Position numbers and translations under genes: made by a program. From Hamiltosporidium tvaerminnensis FI-OER-3-3 (Eukaryota; Fungi; Microsporidia), in NCBI GenBank assembly GCA_022605425.2, contig JAKIMF020000001.1, positions 930,001 through 994,000 of the forward strand: a stretch of DNA of 64,000 nt. The letters are read 5' to 3'. Position 1 is the first letter of the stretch. Each line of letters opens with the position of its first letter. Shown one piece after another: positions 39,365 to 52,950 of the stretch. The notes beneath the pieces were generated by a model. It was not told the origin of the DNA and did not search any database. It was given only the letters and a program-made list of their open reading frames with translations.

Positions 39365-40837
39365 AATGAAAGAAATTTATTTCAATCCATGCATTAACAT
39401 GCAATTTCTTTACTAAAATATCATATAGGTGTACTCCGACTAGAACCGGCTTACTTCTCTAAGTTAGATGACATGGTGCGTGCAGTGTTAGTAAAGAACA
39501 AAATACATCTTCGCCCAGGATGTAAAGAGCGTCTGTACCTTCCCAGAACAGAACTTGGGAGTGGTCTTCATAGTGTTGAGTTCAAAAGCGAACATATGCT
39601 TTTGCAACTCTTGGATTGTCTGGAAAAATCTAAAGAAACATCGATCAGAAGAGCAGCAATCCTAAAGGTTGAGAATAATAATAAAACCCACCTTTAACTA
39701 ATTAAAAACTTTGTAAAAATAAAGTACGGGTTGGAAGAGAAAGTCAGAAAAAAGAAATTGGAAGAAGCTCAACTACCTAACCTATATAACGAAATTAAAA
39801 ACCGAAAACTACATTCAAAGTTATATAGCGCTAGAAATAACGAGCTTGTAAGTGTAAATGACTCCTTAATATGTTAAAGAAAGGAAGTGTAAGACCACGG
39901 GATGAAGCAGTGTTCTGTTATATCCAGGATAGAAATGTATTCTGGGGTGCAGAAGGTATGTGTCAACACTGCAACCAGTCTAGGAAAACAGTTAATCACT
40001 TAGCAACGAGATGTGAAAAAATGCTTGGTCATGAATATACTAGAAGACATAATGAAGTGGTACGATGTATACATTTACTCTTGTTAAATAAATATAAGTT
40101 TAAGTCTTCGAAACGAATTAGAAGCCACGCAGTTCAAAAAATTCTTGATAACGAATATGCAGAAATAAGAGTGAACATCAGAATAAAAACTTTTGAAATG
40201 ATTCGGTGTAACAGACCAGATATATTTATTTTAGACATGAGACAGAAAAGAATAACCCTCATAGAAGTAGGAATCACATCCCAAGACTCCCTTCAAATAG
40301 TTGAAACAGAGAAGCTTAGGAAGTATGACCTATTAGCAAATGAGTTAGGTCTTATTTATAAATGCAGTGTAGAGATAATTCCTTATGTGATGACCTGGGA
40401 CGGTATTGTGACAAAATACCATAAGACGTATGTTAAGAGACTGCAAATACCCATGAATGTAGAGGCATATATACAATCCATAGTACTCAAGAAGACAGTC
40501 GAAACAATTTCTTTTGATCGACGAATAGGACATGAGTTTGGATCAAATGCCGAAGACAGCTAGGAGAGTGCGTCATTATCTGCTATTTTAGGAGCTGAGA
40601 TGCTCACACAACCAACATCTCCGCTAAAGCAACTAGACAACAAGGAATATGGTATTAAAACGGAAAATACAAAAAATATTTTACTCCTTATTTTAGATGG
40701 CATAACCACAGTAAAAGAACCGATGATAAATATTAACGAAGAGTCGGATTTGAAGAAGAGATAGAAGTTGTCAAGATAGTGGAAATAATTTTTTAAAAGA
40801 GAGAAAATTTGTTTAAGCAGAATTTTTCATATAAAAA
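39365..40837 (+). mobile_element. older 5'-truncated RLE LINE with stops and frameshifts
   Basis: ORFs 39473-39697 and 39871-40563 homologous to other copies; 15-bp TSD TACCCAAAATTTTTT at 39350-39364 and 40838-40852. Confidence 0.88.
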
Positions 40838-40888
40838 TACCCAAAATTTTTTTAAGAAATGTCAATTAAATTTTCGTATTTTTTGATT

Positions 40889-41053
40889 AAAACATATATA
40901 TTCTAATGATTTAATCTAAAGTAAAGAAAAACATATATATTCTAATGATTTAATCTAAAGTAAAGAAAAACATATATATTCTAATGATTTAATCTAAAGT
41001 AAAGAAAAACATATATATTCTAATGATATAATCTAAAGTAAAGAAAAACATAT
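40889..41053. repeat. 39-bp minisatellite, ~4.2 copies
   Basis: Unit AAAACATATATATTCTAATGATTTAATCTAAAGTAAAGA repeated head-to-tail with one substitution. Confidence 0.92.
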
Positions 41054-41367
41054 TTAATCAATGCAGGCATGGTTTTAAAGATCAAAATATAAAAAGTCTA
41101 ATATATTGTAATTATAATTTATATTTGGAAACTATATAGATGTTTTTGTTGCTAATTAAACCAAAAATTTTCTGATTCCAAAGAAGAAGGAATAAAATCT
41201 AATATCAAAGGAATCGTTAGTTTAGCTGTCAATAAATTCATAAGTAATAAAATTTTCTGTTTTTTAGAATTTTAGAACAGTTTTTTTACAAAAAAATCTG
41301 TCAAATATATTTCCTTTTTTGTAAAAATTCATAAATTTATATTTTAACGATTATTTTCAAAAAGAAT

Positions 41368-42999
41368 ATGGTGTATTTTTTTGTCAAGTACATTATATTT
41401 GTTTCTACGATAGAAATCATTTATTCTTCAGCAACGAATGAGGATAAGTGTGATTCTGCAAATACAGACCAAAGTAATGAAATTAATACCGAAGAATCTT
41501 GTTTTTCAAAAGTCATTCCTCGGATTTTTGGAAAAAAATTTATTTTAGAGACTATTATACTAAAATTTTATGTTTCTTGTGGATTATTGGAAGATAGGCT
41601 TATAAAATTGATGACTGAATTGAAAAAAATTGAAGATGATATCTCAAAAGAGGAGGAAATGAAAAAATGTATAGCAAAGGGAGCAAAACCAAGGGAAGTA
41701 ACATCAAAAAGGCAAACAGTGAGTATTTTCCCCTTTATGAAACATACTGAAAACGATCAAAGTAAGAAAAACCCAGAATTGAAAAAATCAGTATCCTTTC
41801 GGTATTTCCGGAGACAAAGCCAAAAAAATAATACATCCAATTTAATCTATGGAAATGATACTTCATCATGCATGCCACCAGAAGAATCTGCAAATGAAAA
41901 AGATAATTTAAGCAAACAAACCCCGAGAGCATCTGAAGCAATTACTATACCAATCAAGTGTGAAAATGTAAGAAGTTTCAGTCGATTTTTTTCACGAAGA
42001 AAATATTCTGAAAATTCAGAAAGTGTTATATCATCCGAAGGTGAGTTCAACGATGAAAGTTTAGATAAAAATTTCACAAGTTTTGATTTTGAAGCATCAA
42101 GTGTGACTATCAGCTCTCGTTTTTTTCCACATTCATATAAAAGTGACGGATTCCATTCTGATTTAAGCCCAACACAAGAAGAAGTCGTATACAATATTAC
42201 AAGGGATACAAAGGCCAGTATAGATTTTGAAAAAATTGACGAAGCTTCTTTGCATAAGGATCTATGCAGCTTAAAAATATGTTTTCCAATGTTTTTCTTT
42301 GAGAAAAATTTGAACTGTAATAAGATAAAATATATTGCCATGAGTTCTTATGTAGATATAAAATCATATGATAACCTCAAAAAATATTGTTTTTTGGAAT
42401 CGGTATTAAGTGAAGCAATAGAAGTAATGTTCAGATATTTTACTAAACTTTTTATGACTCTCAACTTAAATATATATGGAACCAACAATTTTGACGATAT
42501 AGATACGAAATGTAAAGAAGTTCAAAATATTCTGTGGAATTTTCTATCTAATTATATTTTTAATGAATCAAATAGTACAAGAGAATATGATAAAAAGTCA
42601 AAATTTGTTATTTTTTGTGAAATGAAAGCTGTTTTAGCCAGAATAACGTCAAATAGAAGCAATATCATTTCATCATTTAGTAAATTTGTTGGTAATATAG
42701 CTAGTTTAGATAAAATAGCGTGTTTGAAAGAGAAATTCGCTTTAATATGCAAATTAGCAGATTATCTTAAAGAAAAGGAGCCTATTTTAAAAAAAACATA
42801 TCTTAAAACTTCCAAAATACTGTTTGAAAGTATTTCATTTTTAATTAAAAATGACGGATCACCTTTCATTCTTGAGAGCCTAGCTGATAGTGGTTTTTTG
42901 AAAAAATATTTTAAGGAATGTGTCGAAATAGAAGATATAAACAACTGTTTTCTCGACAAGTTTATACTGACACTTTTTCCAGGACAAACATTGGACTAA
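41368..42999 (+). CDS. hypothetical secreted protein (543 aa)
   Basis: Intact long ORF; leader MVYFFVKYIIFVSTIEIIYSS; Ser-rich low-complexity middle; no recognised domain. Confidence 0.8.
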   Translation: MVYFFVKYIIFVSTIEIIYSSATNEDKCDSANTDQSNEINTEESCFSKVIPRIFGKKFILETIILKFYVSCGLLEDRLIKLMTELKKIEDDISKEEEMKKCIAKGAKPREVTSKRQTVSIFPFMKHTENDQSKKNPELKKSVSFRYFRRQSQKNNTSNLIYGNDTSSCMPPEESANEKDNLSKQTPRASEAITIPIKCENVRSFSRFFSRRKYSENSESVISSEGEFNDESLDKNFTSFDFEASSVTISSRFFPHSYKSDGFHSDLSPTQEEVVYNITRDTKASIDFEKIDEASLHKDLCSLKICFPMFFFEKNLNCNKIKYIAMSSYVDIKSYDNLKKYCFLESVLSEAIEVMFRYFTKLFMTLNLNIYGTNNFDDIDTKCKEVQNILWNFLSNYIFNESNSTREYDKKSKFVIFCEMKAVLARITSNRSNIISSFSKFVGNIASLDKIACLKEKFALICKLADYLKEKEPILKKTYLKTSKILFESISFLIKNDGSPFILESLADSGFLKKYFKECVEIEDINNCFLDKFILTLFPGQTLD

Positions 43000-43089
43000 T
43001 ATTATGAATATATTATTCGAATATTTCATAATAAAAATATATTTGTGTTTAAGGCGTTTTAATTATAAATTTTAATATATTTTAGAATA

Positions 43090-43817
43090 CTTTATTTAAA
43101 GTATCACATCTTTTTTAAAATAGTGGCAAGTGTTATATTTGTTTTCATGACATTAACGCAGTTCTAGGTTAAACATAAATAACAGCTACCCCAACACTTC
43201 ATCGGTTACCCCTGCGATACCTACATCCCAAAGCATTTCATCTACCAGGTGGGTAGAACCTTATTAATAGGCGAGGCAGTTGCCCAGAGTTCGTTAATGT
43301 CCGTTGCATGGAGTTTGATCGAAGGCCGAAGCCCCCCCTGGGCTCACCAAGACTATGCAGCATTTTTACTTACTCTACCCTTTCTTAACCTCATAAACTT
43401 CTAGCTAAGATATATTTCAGAGATTTACATGGGGGCCACCTAGACAGTGCAATGTCATAACAACAGGTATAACCTGCTACTTAGATTTCCCGGCTTTTAA
43501 TGGTTTTTAGTTTTATATCTCCCAGGTGCTAATTCTTGTAGCCCGAGTGAGTAAGGCTAAATTGCCATGTTCTAAATGGCAATTACCTACATGTTTATCT
43601 TCGGTCTGCAATCTAGTTACATAAAAAACTACAAATATATTTATAGAAAAAGTTTTGCCATTTCGTTAGACTCTCCTCCTCCTACAATATTTCATAAAAT
43701 AACCAAAGAGGTAGTGTAGTTTTATTCCCACTAAAAATACAAACAAGGATCTTCAAACCAGTTTCACACACTCATTGCCAAGCAGAAGGTTTTTTATGTG
43801 GTTATCCTTCCCCCACC
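43090..43817 (-). mobile_element. ~728-bp non-coding SINE-like retroposon, copy 3 (more diverged)
   Basis: Reverse complement of copies 1 and 2 over the full length; degenerate TSD TATTTTAGAATA (43078-43089) / TATTTTTGAGTA (43818-43829). Confidence 0.85.
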
Positions 43818-45039
43818 TATTTTTGAGTATACGAATTATATTTTTTAAAAATAAACAAATAAATCGGATCGCATTAGATGTGGTTTTAAAAATTTTACTT
43901 ATTTAATGATTCTTTATTTTATCACAAGATGCCGTGAATGTATCGAAATTCTCACATAGCGCAATACTTGACAAAAATTTTAATTATTGCATTTATTTCA
44001 TTTAAGCCGAGATAAAAATATATTCTTTGTCTAGCTACTATACTTTCTTCTGTAGGGTTGTTTGCTAGCATCCAAACACTGGAGATCCATGATCGCCATT
44101 GATAACCACTTATTTTATTCTGACTTAAATCTTTTAAATATTTTAAACGGGCGGATTTTCATATATTCCCTGTAACTCAAAGTACCAAACCGATCTTTTA
44201 TTTGTTTTTATACTTTTTATATAGAATATGTGCATATTGACTTGTAATTTTTTGCTAATTTGAAGTTGAAAATTTTTCGGTCTCAATTTTCAATCAATAT
44301 TTTAATTCTTCCTTTTAATTTTGGTTTGTTATTTTTGGATTATACTCTATGTGTATCTATTTTCACCATGAACGGTCAAATGAACTAGAGAAAAATTTAT
44401 TATTTTAGCCAGAATCCCCCATCAATAAGTGAGATATAAATGTGTTTTACACATAATGTATTCCGTTTGGCTTTATTTTGGTAGATATACTTACATTTTT
44501 AGTTGATTTAAAGTAGTGTTGACCCAAAATTTCAGTCAAATGAAAAATATTTATTAAAAAATTGTTTTTGTTGTTAAGAAGTGTAACCCAAACAGAAAAT
44601 ATCATTGATGGCTTAGTTTGAAATTTTCAGCATAAAAATATTTTTTTTTATTTTGAAGAAAGTCGAAGCAATTAAAACAGCTATTAGAAAATATAAATAT
44701 TATAGATGAAAAATTCGAAAATTGATTACGACATAGATTCTGAAATTGAGATTTTTTTACTTACTTATCCCATTCCTATTTTACGTTTCGGGGTCGAGGA
44801 TGAACAAATAAAGGTTTACCATTTGTTTCTGATTATCGATTGTAGCTGGGGATTATAGGGGATTGGCATATAGCCTCAGTGTGGTGTTATCCCATATAAA
44901 TGACAAAAATGAATTTCGTACCAATTCTACGTACTCATTGCCAACCAGATAGTTTTTTTTGTGATTATTCTCACTCAAACATAAAATTAAGGTTACGATT
45001 TGAAAATAATAACTATTTTATACCGATGGTTTATATTTA

Positions 45040-45385
45040 TAAAACCATAAACAATGAGCGAAAAATTCAATTAAAAAAGCAATTTACGACCTCTATCTTG
45101 AACCAAATTCGGTAACTTAAATAAAAAGAGGTAGATTAAGATGGCTAGAAAAAGTAATAAAAATTTCCATCCCTTGATCGGGAGGCAAACCAAGTAAGTC
45201 TATATCTCTAAACTCAATGAAAAAAGAACGAAGGGTAGACACGAAAAAGATAGATGCATCCAGCAGAAAATGCTCTGAGAATGCTTACTGGAAGGCAGTT
45301 GAATGAATGAACGCAAGAAAGAAAATAATGAAGAAAAATCGTTAAAGATATCTGGGCTCTTTAAGAGCTGTAGCGCCATTTAGTA
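45040..45385 (+). mobile_element. decayed 3' coding end of an RTE-clade LINE
   Basis: Translates as IYDLYLEPNSVT*IKRGRLRWLEKV..KRTKGR..KIVKDIWAL, then CTGTAGCGCC; resembles the RTE C-terminal pattern LY.EP.IV..IK..RLRW.GHV. Confidence 0.65.
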
Positions 45386-48300
45386 TTAATTAAATTTGCA
45401 GATTTTAAAGATGAAGAAAAAGTTTTCTCAATATTTATCATGAAATAAAAAGAACCGGATTACTCTCGGCTTCTGAAGGGGAGATAAAAACCAGAAGGGC
45501 TTGTTGCAATTGACGCATCTATTGGAAGGATATACAAATTGATAATATATCTGAATAAAATACTTTATAGCATTTCAGAGAAGAATTGCGGCCCAACATG
45601 CTTTGTAAAACTTCAAATTATAGTAGGTAAAATTATGAAAGCATTTTCTTGTAATTGACCACTATGCTTTGAACTATATATTGGCTGCGAAAATAGAAGA
45701 ATGAAGAGAGTGTTATGAACTAATGAGATTTTTTCTTAAAGAAATTAGAAGTTTTGTGCAAATTTATGAGCCTTTGGTGCATCGAAGAAAATAATTTGAG
45801 AATCTCTTTTCTGTAGAATAGATTATGGACCTAAAAGTTTCTCAGAAATTATGCGTAAAAACAATTTTACTAAAATTCACAAATTTATTCGCTCTTATTA
45901 CAGAATTTGGTGAGGCTAACGCTTGATAACAGCCGATTCTTCATGATTTATATTATTTTGAATACATTTTTCACAATGCCTTATGTGTTTTAAATCGAAA
46001 GGTAATATTACCATAGACCTGTTGTTTTAAACCAAACGTGCAGGAAGGTATTGGAAGCGTGATAAGGTCTTAACAAACGCGTAACTTCATACAAAAATTA
46101 TAGTTATAGATTTTTTTGCAACAAAATAAGGATATTTTGAGACTAATAATAAAATAAAAATATTATGTCATTGAATTTTCGTTGCATGTCTAAGATCATC
46201 AATACATACATTGATAGTGTGCTTATTGTTACGCAGAAGTGTATCAGCAAAATAAGCCTACCATTACTCAACAAGAAGACATATTTTCTCTTTCACTCTA
46301 TCCGAGTCTATTGGTGTGTTTTCAGCCGTTAGTCGACAAAACTTTTCGAGATGAGTAAATGCATGCATTTAAACTTTCGATTTAGAACATTACATAGCAG
46401 TTTAATCATTCTATTAAGTCAGCGATACAATTCAAAAGGATATATTAACATTACAAACGTCGGTGATTTTCTCATATATTGCAATAATATGCTTTTAATT
46501 TTTGTATGTTATTCTAAATTAATTTATTTAATATAGTCGAACCAGCTGTGTCAAAAAAACATCAATAGAAAGATAAGTATGCTAGATTCGATTACTTTGT
46601 AAAACAAAAAAGATGGTCAAAAGGTCCTCATGCATCTTATTTTTTAAGATATATGAAACAGTAAAATAAAACTTTTAAAGTTATAAAAGCAATTCAACAA
46701 AAAGCATGGGGATGAAGATACGCATAACATGAGCAGCTTGAAATTGAAAAACAACTCGATTAGATTTAGGGGTACTCTCAAAATTATGCGCTTCAGCAAG
46801 TCAAAAGCCCTTGTTAGAAGCGTTCTATCAAATGGAATATCTGTATGCAAAAAAAAACTAGACCCGATTCCTGATAAATAGAACAACTTTGGCATATATT
46901 ATAGTTATAACAGTATTAGATTCTGGACATACAATAAAATTCAGCCGATTCTCATATCGAATGATTTAATTTGATTGCGAATTCAAAATATCAGTAAATA
47001 TATTTTACTACAGATAATAGAGGAAATAGAAGTAAGCTTTCTTAAGATAAGTATGCAATTGGATATATCAACTGATGTTGATAATTGCAACCGGATGCTA
47101 GTCTTGTGCGATGTTGTAAAAGAAAAGAAACACTAGGAATTTCATTTTGCGAGTAACCTGAGGGTATTGAGAAAAATTGCTGGTATTGATCACCTAAATA
47201 CCTTTTAACTATCAAATGCCTTTGAATGCGATAGACTCAAAATGCACCGGTGATTCTCCGGCAATGTTGGGCGAAAATATGAATTATTTCAACAATTGAA
47301 AAAGAATTACTTCAAGTACAATAAGGCCTTGTATATTACATATCTTTAAACTCGAGCTGAAAATTTTGCCAGAAACTTCAAAATATAACCTAATTAACAC
47401 AATAGACGCACCAAATCTACACTTGGATAAGTTTATAATCATTGAATTTTTCGTTTCTTATGTGCAGAAATCGGTGCTGCTCATACAGCTCTTCCGTATT
47501 CCTCCTAAATACGATGGATATTTAAAAAATACATGTTCATCTGAGTTTTTGAATCAAAGGAACTAATTCTTAGGTTAATAACTAGTCAAAACCGAGATTT
47601 AGTAAGATATTTTGTGAGTGAAAACGAAATTCAAAACATGCCTACTTAACAAAAATATAGCCTCTAAAACGAATTGAACACATCGATCTAGGAATTTCGT
47701 ATGAATTTGATAATAGCTAATGAAAATAGGCTTCATTTATTGGAAAAATAAAATTTAGGCACATCGGGTTGAAATTAAAATATATTCGTAAACTTTTCTT
47801 TGCTAGATTAATTCGATGTAGAAAGTCAAAGAAAAAATTGTATTCGACATTCCAATGCATTTGAAATTATTTTGCGATTCAATCATTGGAAATTTTATTA
47901 TGGAACATTGCAGAAAATAAAATTGGTTCGTAATCCATTTTTTTTACAACCCGAAGCGATAGATGATAGGAATTTTTTAAGAAAGATCTTATATAATATG
48001 CGATCAGTCGCATATTCAAATGAAAATCGAACAATTAGAATTCCAAAATTATGGTATAAAGGGTTAGAACATTATCTAAATTTGGCATCAGAAAGATTGG
48101 AATCACGTCTAACATTTGCTACTACCTGCTTAGATGAAATAGAAGTTTCCTTGCTTTTCCACATAAAAAAACCGAGAAATCGCGTAAACAGAAGTGATGA
48201 CGTAAATATGTCACTCTCAAAGAAATCCCTGCCCCATAAATAGCATAATAAACAAGCAAAGACGTCTAGGCATTCTTAAAAATAATATTGTTTTGTTTAA

Positions 48301-49719
48301 CATATATTAAATGTAAATTTTTTTAACCGAACAAAAATTTTAAAAATCGAAATATTTTTTTATTAAGATATGAAGACCTATTTTTAGCTTTAAATAGAAG
48401 CAAATCGATTAAAGTATTAATCAATACTGATACTAAGCTCCATTTTTGTAATTACTTTTTATTATTAAGTGTGATCATTCCTTATATATTTTTAAATATT
48501 TAGCTTTTTTGTGATTTTTTTATCGGTATCGTTCTAATTGTTTTACTACAGCACATAAAAAAATATATATACAGATGTTTTCTTTTTCATACCCAAATTC
48601 ATTTTAAAAACATATTTCCGTTTTTTAGAATCTTTCGCAACATTAATTGTGTTTCCTTTTGCTCTTTTACAAGCAGAAGAAAAACTTTTATTGTGCAAAT
48701 ATATATTAATAAAGAAACGAGTCCTATTTTTTTGGCTATTCAAGAAGTGCATATTAATGTATAATCTTATCTATAATTATTTCTTTATAAGCACCGAAGA
48801 AAATTCAGCTATTTAAATGCAATTTTGAAGATTAACCACCACAAATTTGTTTCTAGCTGTCCGCCTTTATTTTTTTTTGTAGAGTGCTATAGTTGTGTTT
48901 TTGAATAAATCATAAATAACTTTAAATTTATCATGAAAATTTGTGACATAGAATTTCAAGAAAATTTTCCATTTTTTCAAAATCACATTTCTTATTTAGT
49001 GAATTTAATTTGCGGTTCAACTTTCAGGTTTTAATATGGATATGAGCCTTTAATGATATAAATAATATCTTCAACCATTTTATATTTGTATTTGTACTAA
49101 TAATTCTTCAAACATTTTTAAAATATAAAGATTATTCCTTATTACTTCACATTTTTCTAATATTCTTGTCTTCTCAAACTCGCTTTTCTGGTCTAATTTA
49201 GTTAAATACTAGACAAAATTATTAAGCTACTAGATATCTGTTCGTGTAACGGCGTATATCTTTCTATTTGGAAAAAAAATTGGAAATACGTGCACTATTC
49301 TAAAATTCTCTTAAACATTATAAGCTTTATAAAAAAGTAAAAAAAATATTATAATAGCTAGAAAACGATATTTTAAAAATATACGCGTACAATTACAAAA
49401 AAAACTTATAATGAGGCTTATATCAGATCAAAAAATCCTATATGTAGTTTACTAGCTTAGAATAAGCCAAAATAACTTCAAACCCAAATATTCCTTCATT
49501 TACAAGCAAAACTAATCAAAAAATATTTTGTATCTAAAAAAAATACGCAAAAAAAATATTTAATTTTTGTCTTAGATTTATTTTTTTCTGTCTGTTTATA
49601 TTTTTTCTTTCTATTAAAAATGTATCTTATAAAAAGTTTAGATTTTTTTAGAATCAAAAACAAAATTAAAAATTTAAATAAATTTCGTTCAAATGTATTT
49701 TAATATTCCTTTAAAACCA

Positions 49720-50250
49720 CTACCACCACGATATTGGTCCTAGACCAGGATCATTCATTCTCCCATAAACCAAAAATGGAGAAAATTCTATTTTTGTAAC
49801 TTTGAAACGTACCGTTTCGTTATTTTTAAAATACAACTTAGAATCTTTATACATCCAATACCACAAAACATTTTTTCTATTGTTTTTAGAATTTGTAAAT
49901 GTTTTAGAAGAATCTTTGGGAAGATTCTCTTCTTTGACAAATATATTCATAAAAAAAGGCAGAGCAAGCCAAATACCGTTTTCTTCTTGTTTATATATTT
50001 TTGCATAGATTGTTTCATTTTCAAAAAACTTAAAAAAAATTACATCAAATTTTACACTGGCATGTAAATAGCCATCTACAATTTTATAATGATATATTTT
50101 TCTAAGTTTTTCTATTGAGATTGCCAATCCAATATTATTTATTACATTGTTGGTATATTTAATATTCAGTTCTTGAATTATTTTAATATTTAAATCCAAA
50201 TCATCCAATGTAAGTTTTACAACATCTTCTATTTGAGCTATGATGAACAT
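49720..50250 (-). CDS. RPC25: RNA polymerase III subunit RPC25 (RPC8, Rpb7-like)
   Basis: ELNIKYTNNVINNIGLAISI, ETVRFKV, C-terminal GLGPISWW; GGGG upstream of ATG. Confidence 0.88.
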   Translation of the reverse strand: MFIIAQIEDVVKLTLDDLDLNIKIIQELNIKYTNNVINNIGLAISIEKLRKIYHYKIVDGYLHASVKFDVIFFKFFENETIYAKIYKQEENGIWLALPFFMNIFVKEENLPKDSSKTFTNSKNNRKNVLWYWMYKDSKLYFKNNETVRFKVTKIEFSPFLVYGRMNDPGLGPISWW

Positions 50251-50481
50251 AATAACAACCCCTCAAAATATATTTTGAATTTTTTTAAGACAAAAATATT
50301 TAAAAAATAATTACTTCATTAAAAACGGTTAAAAAATATTTTATTGAAAAAATTAAATTTATTGCATATCAGGATATTTCTCTCTTTTTCTTCTTTGTTT
50401 CACTCCTAATACTTCCTCATTAATTCGATTTATATTTATTGGGGAAATACCGACGACTGTATTTTAATAAAAATTAACCGA

Positions 50482-51129
50482 TTATTTTTTTAATTTTGAC
50501 AAATTTATTAGAATATCTAAAAATTCTAATTTAGAAAATCCAAAATCTTTTACTTCAACTTCAATTTCATTTGTAACATCTTTACATTCATTTTCTACAA
50601 CAGTAAAATCGAGTGAATATTCATGAAAAAGAAAAGATTTTCTTTTTCTGTTTCTGATTAAATTTTTAACGAAATGCTTACTTTTTTCACTTTCTACTGA
50701 AATTTCTCTGTTGAAACTAATTCTTATATCATAAACACTCCCAGGTAAATATATATCAATTGTTTTCTCTTTATATTTCTTTTGACATGATATCAACTTA
50801 TCTCCTTCATATAAATACCGAATTCCTTTGGATAAAACTACCCTATCATTTACTGCTGAAAAATTTAGTTCTTTTAATTTACAAATTTTATCTTCAAAAT
50901 AACTTTGAGTTACCCCACTTTGAAATCTATAATTTGAATTGGACTTTAAAATTATAGGATGCGGACAATTCAACTTAATTCTGTTGTTAGTGAATTTGTC
51001 AATAATTGTTCCTATTCTGCCTTCAATTTCTAGATTTTCTGTGTCTTTTATAGACATAAATTCGTTATAAAACTTTGAAAAAGTATCGTCATTTTTATTT
51101 AAAAATTCACTTGGCAATTTTTCATTCAT
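50482..51129 (-). CDS. CET1: mRNA-capping RNA triphosphatase (Cet1-like, CYTH/TTM fold)
   Basis: LEIEGRIG, YDIRISFNRE, RNRKRKSF, EIEVE metal-binding motifs; CCC before ATG. Confidence 0.85.
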   Translation of the reverse strand: MNEKLPSEFLNKNDDTFSKFYNEFMSIKDTENLEIEGRIGTIIDKFTNNRIKLNCPHPIILKSNSNYRFQSGVTQSYFEDKICKLKELNFSAVNDRVVLSKGIRYLYEGDKLISCQKKYKEKTIDIYLPGSVYDIRISFNREISVESEKSKHFVKNLIRNRKRKSFLFHEYSLDFTVVENECKDVTNEIEVEVKDFGFSKLEFLDILINLSKLKK

Positions 51130-51879
51130 TTAAAGGGCGAAGAATAATTTAAGTTTTAAAAAGATATTTTATAAGGTATAAACAAAAGATAGAGCAAAGA
51201 AATTAAACAGAAAAAAAGATTTAAATTAAAATAATTTCATATTTTATCTTAAAAAAGGGATAACTAAATAATTAAAGTACATACAGATTGATTTTTATGT
51301 CATTTGTTAGAGGAAAATCTAATATTGAATATTTAGGTTCGATTCTCGCGGTTACTCTCTTTATCTTCTGATTTGGGATGTTAATCCTATTACTCAGCAA
51401 AGGAAAAATAAATGTCATGGTACTCTTAATATAGAAGAATATTTGCATTTTATTTTCTTTCCGTGTAGCGACCTAAAAAAATATTTGTTAATTCAAGCCA
51501 ACAAACCTTTCAACCCTGCATATCTTTTATACCTTCTAATTTAACTATTTAAACTCTTTATAAATATTTTTTATGTTGCATTGCGAATGACTAATCAAAT
51601 ATTTTACTTCTTCTTTTATTTAATCTTGTATTTAGAAAAACCGAAGATATCAAATATAATACAATACTTGGCATATATTGAAGTACAAGAGAAGTTACAT
51701 AAGTCTTTAAAAACTTTATTACTCCAATTTTCTGAAAGATTTTTTTTCAACTGAAATAAATGAAAATTCTATTTTTTGAATAGTTCCCATGTAGAATTAT
51801 TTTGGCTTGATATTTCTAATTTCTATGTGCCGGATGATATAATGCGTAAGTTATTAATCAGAGATATATAGTAAGTATT

Positions 51880-52950
51880 TGACTTGGATAGAAATAGTGT
51901 CTTTATATACCTATATCTGTGCGCGAAAGAAACTTTCATAGTGTTGAGTTTAGAAGCTAACATATATTTTTGAAATTCTTGGACTACCTAGAAAAAAAGG
52001 AATAAAATCTAACATAAAAACACAACTAAAAAGCTTTAGTCAAGTAAAATACGGATTTGAAAGTGGAAACACGAAAGAATATTTTTAAAACCCAACTATT
52101 AAGTTCATGGAAGAAAATAGAAACCGAGAATTACATTCAAAGTTATATAATGCTAGAAATAATGATTTGAGGATTTCTTAAATGGCCTCGGAATGGAAAA
52201 ATCAAACCACTTAACAAACAGGTTATGTGCAAGTTAGAAATATATTTCATTTAAAAAAAAATAAGGTGTATCATTGTTGAATCTTGAAAGTCGGTTGAGC
52301 ATTTGAAATATAGATTTGAAAAAATGTATGGATTTAAATATAACAACGACATAATAATGAGTTTATTATATACCTACGTTTACTTATTCTAAATAGATAT
52401 CAGTCTAAGTTTTTGAGAAAGTTAAAAATCGTAGTATTCTAAACTGTCTTCACTATGTGTATGTGGAAATAAAAAAGTATGCTAGAATGAAAAAAAATTT
52501 TATTGATTTATATACCTGAATATATATAATTTAGATAATAAATTAAATATGATTACATTTCTTGATTTCTAAACTAACAGTTAAAACGAGGAAACTGGGA
52601 GATAAAATTTTTTAGTTAATGAGTCGAGTTTTATTTACAAGTAAAATATATGATATATCACTGTTTGTAAACTTAAATCTCATTATAACTAAATGCATAT
52701 AATGTTACTAAGGATAAATTAATACATAAAAAACAGATGCTTTCATAATTAAGGTAGATTTTAAAAACAGCAGTCGAAAACATTTATTTAGATATACAAG
52801 AGACTTCGAATCAAGAATAATTGTGAAGAATACGTTTGAAAGCACTAGTTGATGTCATAGAAGGAGATAATACATAATATAAAACCATATCGTTACCTAC
52901 ACATGCACACCGATTCGGAAAATAAAAAACAATTAAACACCAAAGTTAAT
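51880..52950 (+). mobile_element. highly decayed RLE LINE copy
   Basis: TTCATAGTGTTGAGTTTAGAAGC and TTACATTCAAAGTTATATAATGCTAGAAATAA match intact copies in colinear order; no ORF remains. Confidence 0.7.

Noticed and set aside
40889-41053. CRISPR-like regular repeat
   Set aside because: Head-to-tail units with no spacers, eukaryotic context, no cas genes
45600-48243. Possible decayed gene including ORFs 47366-47566 and 47872-48243
   Set aside because: Fragmentary, non-ATG starts, no identifiable domain
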